Source: Geosiphon pyriformis uo1 (Eukaryota > Fungi > Glomeromycota). Taken from it: a DNA stretch of 64,000 nt. Below are positions 50,763-64,000 of this stretch, one piece after another (the first letter of the stretch is position 1; every line of letters starts with the position of its first letter). The stretch is taken from the NCBI GenBank assembly GCA_016748015.1, contig JAAOMT010000269.1, positions 91,592 to 155,591 of the forward strand. Reading direction: 5' to 3'. Made by a program: the position numbers and the translations under genes. The notes under the pieces are model-generated. The model searched no databases and had not been told where the DNA came from. It saw nothing but the letters and a program-made list of their open reading frames with translations.

Positions 50763-53700
50763 CTGAATTGATTTGGAAAATTGCCATGTGTAATGTCAGA
50801 GGTATGAACAATAGTACAAATCAGTTAAACATTGTATGTTGGCATAAAAACATGAACAATTTGGTTTCCATTGTTACTGAAACAAAGTTGAAGGAAAAGG
50901 TTCATCCTTGGATCACTGATAAGTTTGATGGAGTTCGCGTTTTCACTTTTGGTTCAGATTCTAGTCACATGGGATCTGGTGTTGCAATTATTGTGTACTC
51001 ATCTCTGGTGAAGCATGTGTGCAAGGTTCTAGAGGTGCTCAGTTGGCTCCTGTTGGTGAAATTGCTTTTTAGGAACAAACTCTCTGTTTCCATTTTGGGG
51101 CTATATGTTGGTGCCTCTTTGATAGTTCATTTTTCTCAGGCTGATGAAATTAATTCTCTCATTGCTAGAACTGTGAATGAATCCTCCTTTGTTATTCTTG
51201 GTGGTGACTTTAATGAAGACAGATCTCACAAGTGCGCCAGTTTCAGGAAGTGCTTTGATTTGGGTTTAGTCAACTCTCTGGATGGGAGCTCTCTTGCTAA
51301 GTTGCCAACTTGAAGCAATTCTCATGGTGTTGCTAAGACTATTGATTATATGTTTCTTTCTTCTAACTTGGTTAATGCTATCGTGGATTGTGGCATGCTA
51401 AATGTTGATGAATTTTTTGACACTAATTATAAGGCCATTTATGTTTCTGTGGATCTGGGTGGTTTGTTGGACACAAGACTTTCTTCGATACATAAGCAGG
51501 CTGACAAAGATTGTTGGAAGTTTGATGTCAAGGATGTGAGTGAGTTGAAGTGGGTTGAGTTCAGAGATGGTACAGCTGCCAATGCCTTTATGTTCTCAAA
51601 TAAGTTTGTTGTGGCTAGAAAATTTTCGGATTTGGATGTGATGTGGAACATTATTCGCAAAATTATGGTTCTTTTGGCAAGTAGAACTTTCAAGAAAAAG
51701 TGGTTCAAAAGTTTTGACAGTGTTTTCAATAAGATGTTTTCTAGGTTTTATAAGCTGGAATTGCTGGTTTCTAAGCTGGTAAAGACTTCCCATTTGATGT
51801 CTGGAGGTAATTTTGCTCTGTTGTTGGATATGTGGGACAAGCTTGATTCTGCTGGTGTCTCATCAGTGAAGTCTTTTTTCCTTTCAGGGTCTGGTTTTGA
51901 TGGTATTTACTCTGAGCTGGCTAAGACAAGGAAGTTTTACTATTCTTCCAAGATGCTGGAATCTAAATGTGCTGAGGAATCTTATATAAGACAGGCCATT
52001 AAGTTTAGGATGAAGAGCTTTGAGTTGGACAAGGATCATACTATCAGAAGTGTTTTGGAGCATCCATTTCGCAAGGTAGTGTTAGATCATTTGGTAGTGG
52101 ATGATAAATTGGTTTTGGAACCTGAGCTGGTTAAATCTAAAGTGGATGAGATTATGAAGGGATGGACTAGGAAGTGGTTGGTGGTTTTGGACATCTCTGA
52201 TGATTGGAGATGCCAATTTTGGTCTTTGGACTATGTTTTTAATGGTGCTTTCTCTGATGTTATAGAATCGATTAGTTTTGGTAAAATGTTCAGTGTTATT
52301 TCGAGCTTGTCTGATGGAAAAGCAGCTGGTCTTTCTGGCATCTCCAATAAATTATGGAAGTATTGCAACAGAGTGGTTCTGGATATGCTTTTGGTGCTTC
52401 TAAATCTCTGCCTGGTTTGTGAGTTGGTACCTGGTCCTTGGAGGGAAGCCTGGGTTTTGATAATTCCTAAACCCTATGAATGGAAGAGTGTTCTCATAAA
52501 CACCCATCCTATTGCTTTGATTGAAACAGCCCACAAGATTCTTTCCAAAATCTTGTCAGACAGGATATCTTTGGCTTGCAGTGAGTTTGACATTTTGCGA
52601 AAGGACAATTTTTCTGTTTTAAAGAGTATGACAATGCAGTTGTCCATTTTTGCTGTTGGTTCTGTGGTTGAGGATGTCTTGGAAAAAAACAGGAAGCTGT
52701 GGCTGGTTTTACAGAACATGTACAAAGTGTATGATTCGGTTGGTTGGAAACATCTCGAGAGGAGTTTGATTAGGATTAAAATGTGTAACAGGTTCATTAG
52801 ATTTTTTGGTAACATCCACAATAATTACAGGAACAGAGTGATAACAGATTTTGGCTTAACTAATAGGTATGTGGTTCATAATGGTTTGGATCAAGGTAAA
52901 GTTTTTTCGCCACTTCTCTGGCGCATATTTTATGATTTGCTTATGTGCGAGGTCAAAAGGCAAGAGGAGGTATGTGGTTACAAGTTGAATTCATATTTCA
53001 TTTCCAATACTGGCTGTGTGGAATTTCAGGCTGGTTTGATGTTGTTTTTTGTGGCTGGTGCTTTTGTTGATGATACTATCTGGGTTGGTAGCAGCCAGAC
53101 TGCTACACAACACTTTCTGGACATTGCTGGTGAGTTTTTCAGAATTAATAACATTTCAATTAACAATGACAAAACCATGGCTATTCCCGTCAACTGTCAG
53201 GTTGAGATCCCTTACCTGACTGTCAGTGGCTCGCCTATTTCCATAGCCAAAAAGGGTAAACCTTATCGTTATCTTGGTATTTTTTTGTCTTCTAATGGTT
53301 TTTTAGTGCTCAGCTTGGCCAAGGCCTACTCGGATGTCCGATTTTTTGTCAACTTTGTTCTAAAAAAAGTCATCTCAGATAAGCAATTCAGTTATTTGGT
53401 TTCTGTTGTGCTGTTTCCTATTATCAGCTACAGAATTCAGTTCAGTTTTGTTCCTGTTAGTGTGTGTAATAAATGGGATGCTCTGGTTTGCAAAAACTTG
53501 AAGTTTAAGTCTGGACTGCCACTTGATTTCTCCAATGATGCGCTTTATTATTTTTCCTTATATGGTTTGAAAACTTTTGAACAAATTCAGGCAGAAAGCA
53601 AATTGGCCTCTGTCATTGCTTTTGCAAATTCAGTTGGTATTTTGGGCTGCTTATTTTCTCACAGGTCTCATGACCTCCAGGTTCTCAGTTGGCATTTTTG

Positions 53701-55446
53701 TCACTCCTTGCTGTTTCTGGCTTGTGTTAGTGTTAGTTTTTCAAATAATTTCTTGGCAGGTGTGATTTGTATTTTCTCTGGATGTGATCTGTCTTTGGGT
53801 GGGTCTTTGGGCTGTGCTTTCCATTGTCAGGGTGGTACTCCTATGTCTCTTGTTCTTGGTGAGGTCAATTTTCTGAAATGTGTCTCTTCACTTAAGTGAT
53901 ATGATATCACTTTTGTGGAACAATTATGAGATTGAAATGGTGTTGTTTTCAGTTGGCAGACATTCAAGTGTTGGAAGAGGTTGGACTCCTGTGGCCCAAT
54001 TCCTTTCGGGTTTAAGCTTTTTGTGTGTTTTCTTGGTGGTGTTGCTTCTTCTTCTGTGTGCTCCTCTCTTGTGACAAATTCTGCTCTGTCTGATGTTCGT
54101 CAATCTCATGATTTTGGTGTTATCTGTGACAATCTGTCGGCCACTGATGCTGCCCGCCTCTCTGTGTACACAGATGAGTCTCTGAGTGGTTTGAAAACTG
54201 TTGTCATGAAAGCTGGGGCTGCGGTATTTTTTGAGGACATTAATTCTGGTTTGGGTGTGGCAATGTCTGGTTTGGTTTTTTCTACTATGTCTGAATTGTA
54301 GGCCATTGCTTTGGCTCTTGAGTGTGTTCTTTCTTCTTGTGCAATTGATTTGTTTTCAGATAGCCAAGTAGCTTTGGATGCGTACAAGTCAGAATTATTG
54401 TTGGCTTGTCTGGACTTTAGGAATCATTGTTGAATAGAACATCGCCATATTGCTAGTGTAGTTTGCCGTAAGAATTTGACTGTGAATTGGATTAAAGTTA
54501 AGGGTCATTCAGGTGTTTTAGGCAATAAGCATGTGGATGAACTTGCTAAAAATGTAGCACTCTCTACTTGGCATTTGTCACATTTGGTCAGTAAACGGTT
54601 TTTGAGGGCTGGGGGTAATGTGGTTTCTAGTAATTCTAGGCACTTTGTTCATAGTGTGTTTTAGTCTATTCTTTGTGCACATTGGGAGGTTGGTTCTGGT
54701 TCTTGGGTCTTGGCAGCCAGTTTGCATGATGGTGTTAACTGGTCTAAATCTTCTTTGGTTTGGCACCCTGATTCTCACTTGGCTGCTGGTTTTACTAGTA
54801 CATGTACTGCTGGTCTTCGGACATATTTTATGAAATCTCTCCATCATTGGCTTTCTGTCACTGTGTATAAGCATTTGTATGATAAGTGCTACCCCAGTAT
54901 GATGTGTTTGTCTTATGGTAATATAGAATTCTCAGACCATGTTTTCATTTGTCCTTTTGAAGCTGCTGGCCATGTCCAGTTTTTGGATGCTCATGTATTT
55001 CTTTAGGAAACACGATCTGGCCTCTCTCGATCTACTTTATGTGTTTCATAGTTGTTGGCCTCTTGTTTTTCCAATGCTACAATTAGTACTACTCTGTATA
55101 AAGGTTTTGTTTTTGATGATTGGTACTGTGAATTCCTTTTGGTTTTTAAGGATGCTAAGATTGTGGCTTCGAATATTGTGTGTTTGTACACGAGTTTTGT
55201 CTCGCATTTTACAATGAATTTTGTCTAGTTCATGCCAAACACCAAGTTTTTATGGAAAGGAATTGACTTATTCTTTGTGATGGCTCTATTCCTGCCCTGG
55301 TTCCTGGTCTACCTGTGGTGCTTTCGGCTGGTATAGTCAGATTGTTGGGTATCATTAAAGCTTTTGGTGTTGGTTTCGGTTTTCATAAATCTTGTTTGTT
55401 TTTTTCAGGTATAGGGAATCTTGTCTCTGTTAAGATAGGTGTATAG
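50759..55446 (+). pseudogene. LINE ORF2
   Basis: 849-aa open segment 51350-53899 plus flanking in-frame fragments. Confidence 0.92.
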
Positions 55447-55580
55447 TGTTGTTTTAATCAGCCTGAGTGGCTGGTCACGTGTAGAAAATACATGATTTGC
55501 TTCTAGTTTAGATTATTTATATGATATATAGTCCTAGATCACATTTGGATCTCACTCATTAAACATAATAAAAAAAAAAA

Positions 55581-58500
55581 GTAGAGTAATAAAATTTTAA
55601 AAACTCTTTGTCTCCTTAATTTTATGATTATGACCAAAGCAAAAAGTAAAAAAAGCTATGCCTGATATTTTTTCTGAGATATCTAATAAGATTTTAACCA
55701 GAAAAGCTCTCTCTGTTGTAGAAGCAATTAGGCAGAACATTTTAGAAGCTTTTTTTTTACCTAATAATCATGAAAAGCTGTCTTTGATAACTACTGAAGC
55801 AACTTTCTCATCTTTGACTGGTTTTTCATCAGTTAAAAAAACACACTTGGATTAATTCCAATGTTATCTCTACTCCAATTAAGAGCCCAAAAGTTTTTAA
55901 TAATAAACCAGTAAATAAGCTGGTCTTCTCCTTTCTAGCTTTAACATCTGGTATTGCTAGCACTATCTCTTCAAAAAAAATGGTCAAAAAAACCAATCCA
56001 GACATGAAGACTGGCATGGTGGTTTTCTTTGAAGATATTGATTTGGGTTTGGGTGTTAAGATTGCTGGGTTGGTGTTCTCTACTATGGCCAAGCTACAAG
56101 CTATTGTTTTGGCACTTGAATGCACTTTTCCTTTTAATTTAGTTCAGATTTTCTCAGATAGTCAGTCTGCTTTGGATGCATGCAAATCAGAGTTGGACTT
56201 GGTGTGCCCTGATTTTTGGAATTAGTATTGGGTTGAGTATCATCACATTGTGGGTGTTATTCATGAAAAGAATTTGGTGGTTAGTTGATATAAGATTAAG
56301 AGTCATTTAGAAGTCTTAGACAATATGTGTGCTAATGTTTTTGCAAAGACTGCTTGCTTTTCTAATTGGTTTTTCTCTTACTGTTTTGCTGATTGTTATA
56401 TCAAAGCTGGTGATGGCATTGTTTTTGCTAATTCTAAACATTTTGTTTGTGATGTATTTTGGTCTGTCCATTGGACACGCTGAGAGGTTGGCTCTGGTTC
56501 TCAGATTTTGGTAGACTCTCTGCATATTGACATTGATTGGTTTAGGTTGTTCTTAATGTGACATCCTAATTCGCATTTGGCCTTTGGTTTCACTAGTAGA
56601 AGTATTGCTAAAGCTTGCACTTATTTTATAAAGGCTTTGCATCATCAGCTTTCTGTTGCTATTTGCAAGCATTTGTATGCCAAGGATTATCCAAGTGTGG
56701 TATGTTTGTTTTGTGGAAATATTGAGGTTTTGGACCACGTTTTCTCCTGCTTATTCAATTCAGATGTTTGTATTTGGTTGCTAGACACCTATGCAGCCAA
56801 ATGAAAAGTGATTTCTGGTCTGTCTTGTTCAGTTTTGTGTGTATCACAGTATTTGAGTTTCTGTTTTTCTAATGTTGCAGTATGTGTGACTTTGAGCAAG
56901 AGGTTTGTCTTCAATAATTGGTATTGGGAGTCTCTTTCTATTTTTAAAAATTCTAAAATTGCAGGTAAGACAATTGTGAATTTTGTGTGCAGATTTGGTC
57001 TTGTATTTAGAGATAAGATTTGGTTGGCTCATGTTAAATACTGGGCTTTTATGAAAAAAAACAGACTAATTCTACATGATGAGTCTGTTTTGGTCTTGGT
57101 ATCTGAGCTTTTTTCAGTATTTTCTGCTGGTGTAGTTAAATTGTTGAGTATTGTTGATGCCATTAGTGTTGGTTTTGGTTTTCATAATTCTTATCAGTTT
57201 TTTTCTGGTTTAGATAGTGTGATTTTGGTTTGTATAAAAGCATAGTGTTGTTCTGATTAGCTTAAGTGGCTGGTTACATGTGGAAAATGCATAATTTACA
57301 CCTAGTTTAGATTATTGAGTTAATATATTGTACTAAGTAGCGTTTGGACTTTACTCTTTAAAATTAAAAAAAAAAAAAAAACCAAAAGTTCAGAAAAGTG
57401 AAAGCAGTCACTTGTCTCTGCTATTGTTACACCAAACTCCTTTGTGGTTCCCAATAAGATCTTAGGTGAAATCTTTATAGTATTATCTGGCATATTATTT
57501 AAAATAGACCAAAATCAACTATTGGTTGTGTTGCCAAATATGGTGTCTTCCAGTAAATTATTGCTGGTTTTAGAAGCAAAACAATTATTTCTTGTGGTGT
57601 TACCTATTCTTAAAAACTGAACTGACCAAATGGAAACTGAATTATCTTTTTCTCTGGTTTCTAGTACTGCTGCTAGTGGTGCTTAGAAAACTATTACTAA
57701 TCACCAAAGGTTTGTTGAGTGGGTGGTCTCTACTTTGGTTTCTGGTGCTACTTTCAAGATTTAACTGGCTTATATTAAGACTGTTTTTTAGTCTGTGCAT
57801 GGTTTTTTGGTTCCAAAATCAGTGTCAAAAGATAATGTGAAGCTTTTTTGTATGGAGTTTGCTTCTTAAGTGTCTTTGGAAGCTATGTTTCTGGTTGAGT
57901 TTACAAGCTCTGTTCATTTAGCTACTCTTAAAATTGCTAAGTCTTTGGTGGTTTCTGAGTTTGGTTTCTCTTCTGCTGTTGTTGCACTGTGTGATGTGTC
58001 TTTGGGTGTATTTGCTGCTAATATTAAGACAGTTTTTAGTGTATTTGGTGAAGTTGTTCATGTTGTGCTAAAGCCTGCTGGCATTTGGCAATATGTGGTT
58101 GTTCATTTTGTAAAGCTAAATTCTGCTATATTAGCTTTGAATCATTGGTCAGTTTTGGTAAACAAGAATAGTATTAGGATTTTTTTTTTTGGTGAATCAG
58201 AATAAAACTATTCTGTTTTATAATAGGTTAAAACCAAGTTGGTCAATCTTCCTTCTGGCTGTACTGCTTTTAAGATTAGTAATATGATATTTCAAATTGG
58301 TGGTCAGACATGTTTCATCTTCTGTTCTCCTAATTCTGGTTATTGTTCCTGGTTTGCTCTGGTTATGTTTGGATCTTAAAAAGATTTAAATGCTGCAATA
58401 GTCAAGACTGGTACACTAAGAAAATGTCACATCTAGTGGAAAACTTCTGGCTGCTGGCACTGTTTTAGGTGTTAAGAGATAGACTATTTGGCTGTAGACT

Positions 58501-59262
58501 ACAAAATGTTTCTACTTCTTCTCTCTAAAACTCCCAAAATATTCAAACCACATTTTGTGAGAACTGTTTCCTATGCCAGGGCCTCTGCTTCTTCTGATTC
58601 TTCTGAGTTTCTACTTTTGGTAGCTTTGGTATTCCCTTCTGTAGTTGTTGGTGATCCTTTGGTTTCTTCTTAGTTAGCCTCTTTGAAAGCTGATTTGGCC
58701 AAGCTCTCTGTTTTTGTTAAGTCTATTATTAAGCCAATTGGTTTTTTGGTCAAATTGTTTGAACAATTTATTAATAGGGATTTGGTTTCAAGCAGTAAAC
58801 CTGGTCTTAAAGTTAATAAAATTATAGTGCACATGAATTTTTTTAGTAAAGTTGTTGGTAAGTTAAGAAGAAAAGTGATTTCTTTAAAAAAAGAGTACTG
58901 CATAAAGAATATTGATATGTCTAATAATTCAGAGCTTTTATCTGTTGTGAGTGATAAAATGTTTTCCAATTTGATGTTTTTTTAGAAATATGAATCTGTT
59001 GATATTAAATTTGATGTCTTAAAAATTGTCAAATGGCTGGTTAGATTGGTTTCTTATAATGTTACTTTGTTTTTTGTTATTCAAAAAATGTTTTTTTTGG
59101 GTAAGTTTTCTTCTGTTATATCAGCATAATGTGTCTTTAATTGGTCCGAATGGCTGGTCACATGTAAAAAGTATATAATTAATACCTAGTTTAAATTACT
59201 TAATTTAATATATTATACTAAGCAGCTTTTGGATTTTGTTTATTAAACTTTAATAATAATAA
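55581..59262 (+). mobile_element. ORF1-only non-autonomous LINE derivative (HAL1-like), interrupted by a LINE fragment
   Basis: ORF1-like relic 55624-59129 (VALCDVSLGV...ALNHWSVLV; KLVNLPSGCTAF; decayed CFRC knuckle ~58461) followed directly by the LINE 3' tail; no ORF2. Confidence 0.75.
55997..57381 (+). mobile_element. 5'-truncated LINE (RNase H, zf-RVT, tail, poly(A))
   Basis: TSD AAAAAAACCAA at 55986 and 57375; AKLQAIVLALEC, SDSQ, CLFCGNIEVLDHVFSC. Confidence 0.9.
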
Positions 59263-60329
59263 TAATTAAAGTTATATTATTATTTTATAATTAAACTTAT
59301 TTTATTTACAACATTAAATAAATAAAAATTAATAAACAAAAGACTAAAAACTAAGCAAATATCAATATTTAAACCAAAATAAATTAATATATCTTTACTA
59401 AAATTATTTTTATATATAATTTTTTATTATAAATACAAAATTATTATTGTTAATTAATTTTAATTTTTTGTATTTAAGTCTTAATTTGGTATTAAAAATT
59501 CAAATAATTAATTATTAAATTATAAACAAAATTAACAATAATATTAAAAATCAGATTAGAAAATAATTTTTTTTTTATAAATTTAACAAATTAAATTTTA
59601 AATATTATATTTTTATTAACTATTATATAATAATAATTATTATTTTAATACAATATAATAATTATAATATTTAAAAAAACATTTATTTATACATATATTT
59701 ATTAAATTTTTTAATTAAATTTAATATATTTTTATAATTATTATTTAAATATAATTTAAATATTATTTATTATAATATAATTACATAAAATCTTAAAATA
59801 GCTTATGTTTTTTACATATAATTAGTTATTTGAACTAATTAAAACAATATTACATGTTTATATTAATAATAATATATAAAATTTAAAATTTAATAAAAAT
59901 AAAGAAGTTTTAAGACCAAAATTAATTAAAATATTATAATTAAAATTTAAACTATATAAATTTATTATTAATTTATTTAATAAAAAACCATTAATATTTA
60001 ATAATATTAAATTATTGTTAATAATTAAGTTATATTTTTTATAAAAAATCCAAATTTAAAATTTAATAATTATAAATATATTTTATAATATGTAATTATA
60101 TTATATACAAAATTAACAATATTTATAATAATCTTAAAATTATTTTTAAATATTAAAATATTTTTAAAAATTAAGTTTTAAAAACAAAACTTTTTACAAT
60201 AATTATATTAGTATTATTATTAATTTTAATATTATATAATATTAAAATTACCAAAAAATTAACAATTAATTAATTAAATAAGCTAATTTATTTTATTATA
60301 GTATTAACAATAATATATTTTTTGTAATT

Positions 60330-62759
60330 TTTATTATTATTAACAAGTGAAATCCAACTGCTATCTAGTATATAAAACCAAATTAAGTAATTTAAACTAA
60401 ATACAATTTAGGTATTTTCTACATATAATTAATTACTTGAACCAAACAAAACAACATAATACATTTATATAAATTTTTATATTATTATTCAAACCAAAAA
60501 AAACAAATACAGCTTGTGTTTACCAAAACTAATAGTGAATAATTCAATTAATCTTAAAAAATAAATTATATTATCTAACAAATCAGCTATCAAACCAGCA
60601 GCCAAATTAGATTTTATACTTTTATTGCTTACCAAACTCATTTTTTCTATATTTGCTCTAAATTTGAATCTAACAAGCCAAATTTTTGAACAATAAAATT
60701 TTACCAATTGTTCTATAAAAGTAACTACAATATTTAAAGCTTTTTTTTGTTATTAAAAGTCACTACAGCTTTTAAATACTATTCTCTTAATACAAAATTT
60801 TTACAAATTAAAATATATAAACTCATATTATTTAAGTATTTAAAAAGAGTTTTTAGTATAAGAAAAGAGAAAAAAGTACAGATACTTATCAAAAAAACCC
60901 AAATACCAGAAAACTCAATCAGAATTTTCTTATAAATAACAATATTTTTAAGGCAAATAAAAACTTGCTCTGGAAATTCCATCATTTTATATAATAAACA
61001 CAATACTTCAGATTATTTTTTGTTATATAATCTCTTTCTAACTGCTATAAATAAGCATTTAAATACAGCTTTCATTAAATATATCTGCAGATTAGCAAAT
61101 TTCTTACTCATAAAACCAGAAAGCATGTACAAATTAAAATGTTATACTTTTACAATAAACAGCTAATTTACCTTTTAAATTAATTCACCTAAGACCAAAT
61201 TTTAGCCAAAACTATTTTCCCAATAAGCATAATATATAAACTTATATATATTATAGATAAAATAATAAGCATTGCCAGAAACAGCTATGTTTTTAACTAT
61301 AATAAAACATTTATAAACTCTACTTAACAGAAACAAGAGAAAATTTGCAGTTTTTTTGCCATTCAATTTGTTTTGCCATTGCTTAAAATACCCAAATAGT
61401 TCTCAACTTTAATCTATTTGACTATAAATTTTTGTACTTTATTAGATTAGCATTATGGTTTTTTTCTATCCAACATTGATTGTAAAAATCTGGTATATTA
61501 AGTCCAGTTTTTGAAACATATATATTAATAATAACTTGGCTATTTAGATATAAAGCCACTGTACAGAAAAATGGAACACACTTTAAAGACAAAACAACAG
61601 TCTGCAATTTGGTCATTGTAAATAACAAAAGACTATGTACTTTAATATTAACTTTTATATCCAATGTCAGAAAATATGCCATAGTTTTACAAGTCATCTT
61701 TGCAGAACCCAAATTTTTTAATAATTTATTAATATATATTTCAATAATATTTGACCAAATCTTATATAAACATTTACAAATATTAAAAAACTTATTAAAT
61801 TTCAGAATGTTTAATTTATTTAACTTATTAATATAATTAAAATTAATCACTAAAAAATTATTATTACAAAGAAAATTTAAGACCAACTTGAACCAAAATA
61901 GTACAAAGCCTTTAAGATCCAGTTTTTTTCAATAATAAAACATTTTTTAATCTATTATACTATTATTTTTGTTCAAAAACTTATTATCAAATATCATTCT
62001 AAATTTTTTTAAAAAATAAACTATATTATAGTATAAAGACTTTTCCAAAAATTGACATCAAAAATTTTTTAGAACCATAAAATACACTAAACAGCTTGTT
62101 ATCCAAAAACAAATTATTAACTAAAAAATTTTTTACTACTCTTGCCAAAAAATTGTTGGTAGAATTAACATATAACTTAATAAGATATTACAATAAATTT
62201 GAAGAAATCCAGTTCAGAATCTACAAATCCAAATGCCTATAATCAAATAAATGTTCAAGAAGATTTAGAAAATTGTTAAGAAATATCATTGATGCCAGTT
62301 TGGTCTTGGTTTGTATTTGTTCAAAAGATTTCAAACCATATAAAAAAAATAATACAGTGTCTTATTAAAAAAGTTACATGGCAAACTAGTTTTAAACTTA
62401 AGATTTTTTCTAATTATAATGTTCTACTTATAATACATACTTGACAAGACAAAACCAAATTAGAATTTATAGCAAATTATGGACTGCAAAACAGCTAACA
62501 CTAGATAAGAAAACTGTTTATCTATAATGATTTTCTTAAGCACTATATTGACAAAAAACTAAATATCTGAATGAGCTTTAAATAAACTTGGCTTAAACAA
62601 TTTTTTAGTTAACAAAAAAATTTCCAAATATCTGTATGCTTTATTTTTTTTGGCAATAGAAATTGACAAGTCATTAATTTTCAAAAAAGCAAACTTGATG
62701 CTTTGATTAATAGAAATAGTCACTATTTTTTTATTGTTAATTAAAATATTATTAACCAT
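60330..62759 (-). mobile_element. Decayed LINE 3' half, cut by LTR element C
   Basis: Tail near 60345-60460; RNase H relic 61422-61886; late RT relic 62559-62759 (AYRYLEIF). Confidence 0.85.
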
Positions 62760-64000
62760 TGTTACAAGTGATTATTTAGGGTTTCAAAGCAAATAACAAA
62801 CCCATAACTTGGTGCTCAATTGCTATAATGATGTTGATTTTTGAAGATTGTTTGTATCTAAAGGTTTGGGTTGAATTCTTTGTATAATAGACAGAGACTC
62901 ACTATGGTTGGTGTTGGTTGATTTCTCAAGTCGTTTTTCCCAATTTTTGTCTTCAGTGTAATGGCTGGTTTAATCTGACAGTTATGCCCTTCTGGTAAAT
63001 TATCTGTTAATATATATATAATTTTATCCTTATTTCTGGATCTTTTATTAGGTTATTTATAACATCAATAACTCAGTACTTTAATTTCTTTAATCAATTA
63101 ATACACAACAACAAAAGAAAATAAAATAAAAAAGATAAAAAAAAGATAAAAAAAAATAAGCCAAGACAATTGCAAGTTAGTATCCTATCAATAGCCATAA
63201 TCAAGAACTATTGTTCTAGTGTAATTAAGTATCAATTACTATTAACATAAAGTATTGATAGTGGAGGATGAATTAAGATAGTGAATAATTATTTATTAAT
63301 ATTTGTAATATGAAAGATTGCTTAGATTAAATCTAAACTGAAAGATCTGTTTTTTTTACTTTTAATACTATCATTATATATACATAATTAAGATTCCTCA
63401 ATTCCTCAATTCTTCATACCAGGAATTTTGCAATTCTTTTGAGAGGATCCTAAAATTCCTAGAATCTTGTAATTCTTTTGGGAGGAATCCTAGAATTTCA
63501 TATTTACTATGTCTACTTCTGATTAGCTAATTTTATATACTAATATTCTTTCTATATTCTATAAGTAACATTATTTCTTTTTTTTTAATATTGAACTCTA
63601 TCAAGATCTTCTAACTCTAATTCTTCATCTTTGAGTATTTTTTAAACTTCTTTTTTGAAAATTACTTGTATTATCTTGTTCTGTAATTTTTTAAATTGGA
63701 CATTGGTTATTTTTCTCATCTGGTTAATGGTTATGGAGTTCATTGCTAGATTGAGTAAGATTTTTGGTCAGTCTTGAAATCCAATTTGTAATTGATAGAT
63801 AGCTTATGTTTGTGTAATTAGATTGTTTTTTTCCATAAAATACTTAAGTTGTTGTAATATCTTTAAATCGAATAATTGCTTTGTCTTATCCATATATAAG
63901 TTCTGGATATTTAGATGTTGTCTTAAGTAAAAATAATAAAAGTTTCTTGGAAATTGTTGTATCTACCACTTTCAAGTTTTTTTAGTCACTTTTTAATATA
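62760..64000 (-). mobile_element. LTR retrotransposon family C: 3' LTR 62760-63570 plus internal 3' region; continues beyond window
   Basis: TGTTAC...GTAACA; purine tract abutting the LTR on the minus strand; homology to the solo LTR at 8482; interrupts LINE RT. Confidence 0.75.

Larger units (their letters stand above)
48815..55580 (+). mobile_element. Full-length LINE (ORF1 + APE-RT-RNase H-zf-RVT ORF2), inactivated by nonsense transitions
   Basis: APE NVRG/ETKL/GGDFN; RT QGKVFSPLLW, AFVDD, YRYLG; RNase H YTDES/DSQ/KVKGHSG; conserved tail and poly(A) at 55570-55580. Confidence 0.95.

Noticed and set aside
63393-63500. ATTCCT/GGAATT short repeats, telomere- or CRISPR-like
   Set aside because: Irregular and located inside LTR C

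Overview
This is AT-rich, intron-containing fungal DNA. Gene and repeat style point to Glomeromycotina, possibly Geosiphon-like (inference). There are four host genes: NOP4/RBM28 (partial), NDUFA6 and a GPI-type CE4 chitin deacetylase at 1-4.3 kb, plus a 4-exon orphan at 46.0-48.2 kb (Zn finger, SIM-like motifs, repeats, acidic tail). Almost everything else is retroelement DNA. A ~32-kb nest spans 13.4-45.6 kb: an old Ty3/gypsy copy (A1) contains two LINEs, and the full-length LINE contains two more gypsy elements (B, A2), with recognisable TSDs at the four inner insertions. Main observations: (1) gypsy B encodes protease, an unknown Cys-rich domain, an intact dUTPase, a degenerate second dUTPase and RT in one frame; (2) gypsy A and C carry an extra sense ORF at the env position; (3) an ORF1-only, HAL1-like element shares the structured 3' tail of the autonomous RNase H-bearing LINEs; (4) repeats show graded C-to-T/G-to-A decay well beyond CpG (RIP-like) while host genes are spared. 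Gypsy B has assembly gaps and duplicated segments, so its internal order is partly uncertain. Boundaries of decayed relics are approximate.
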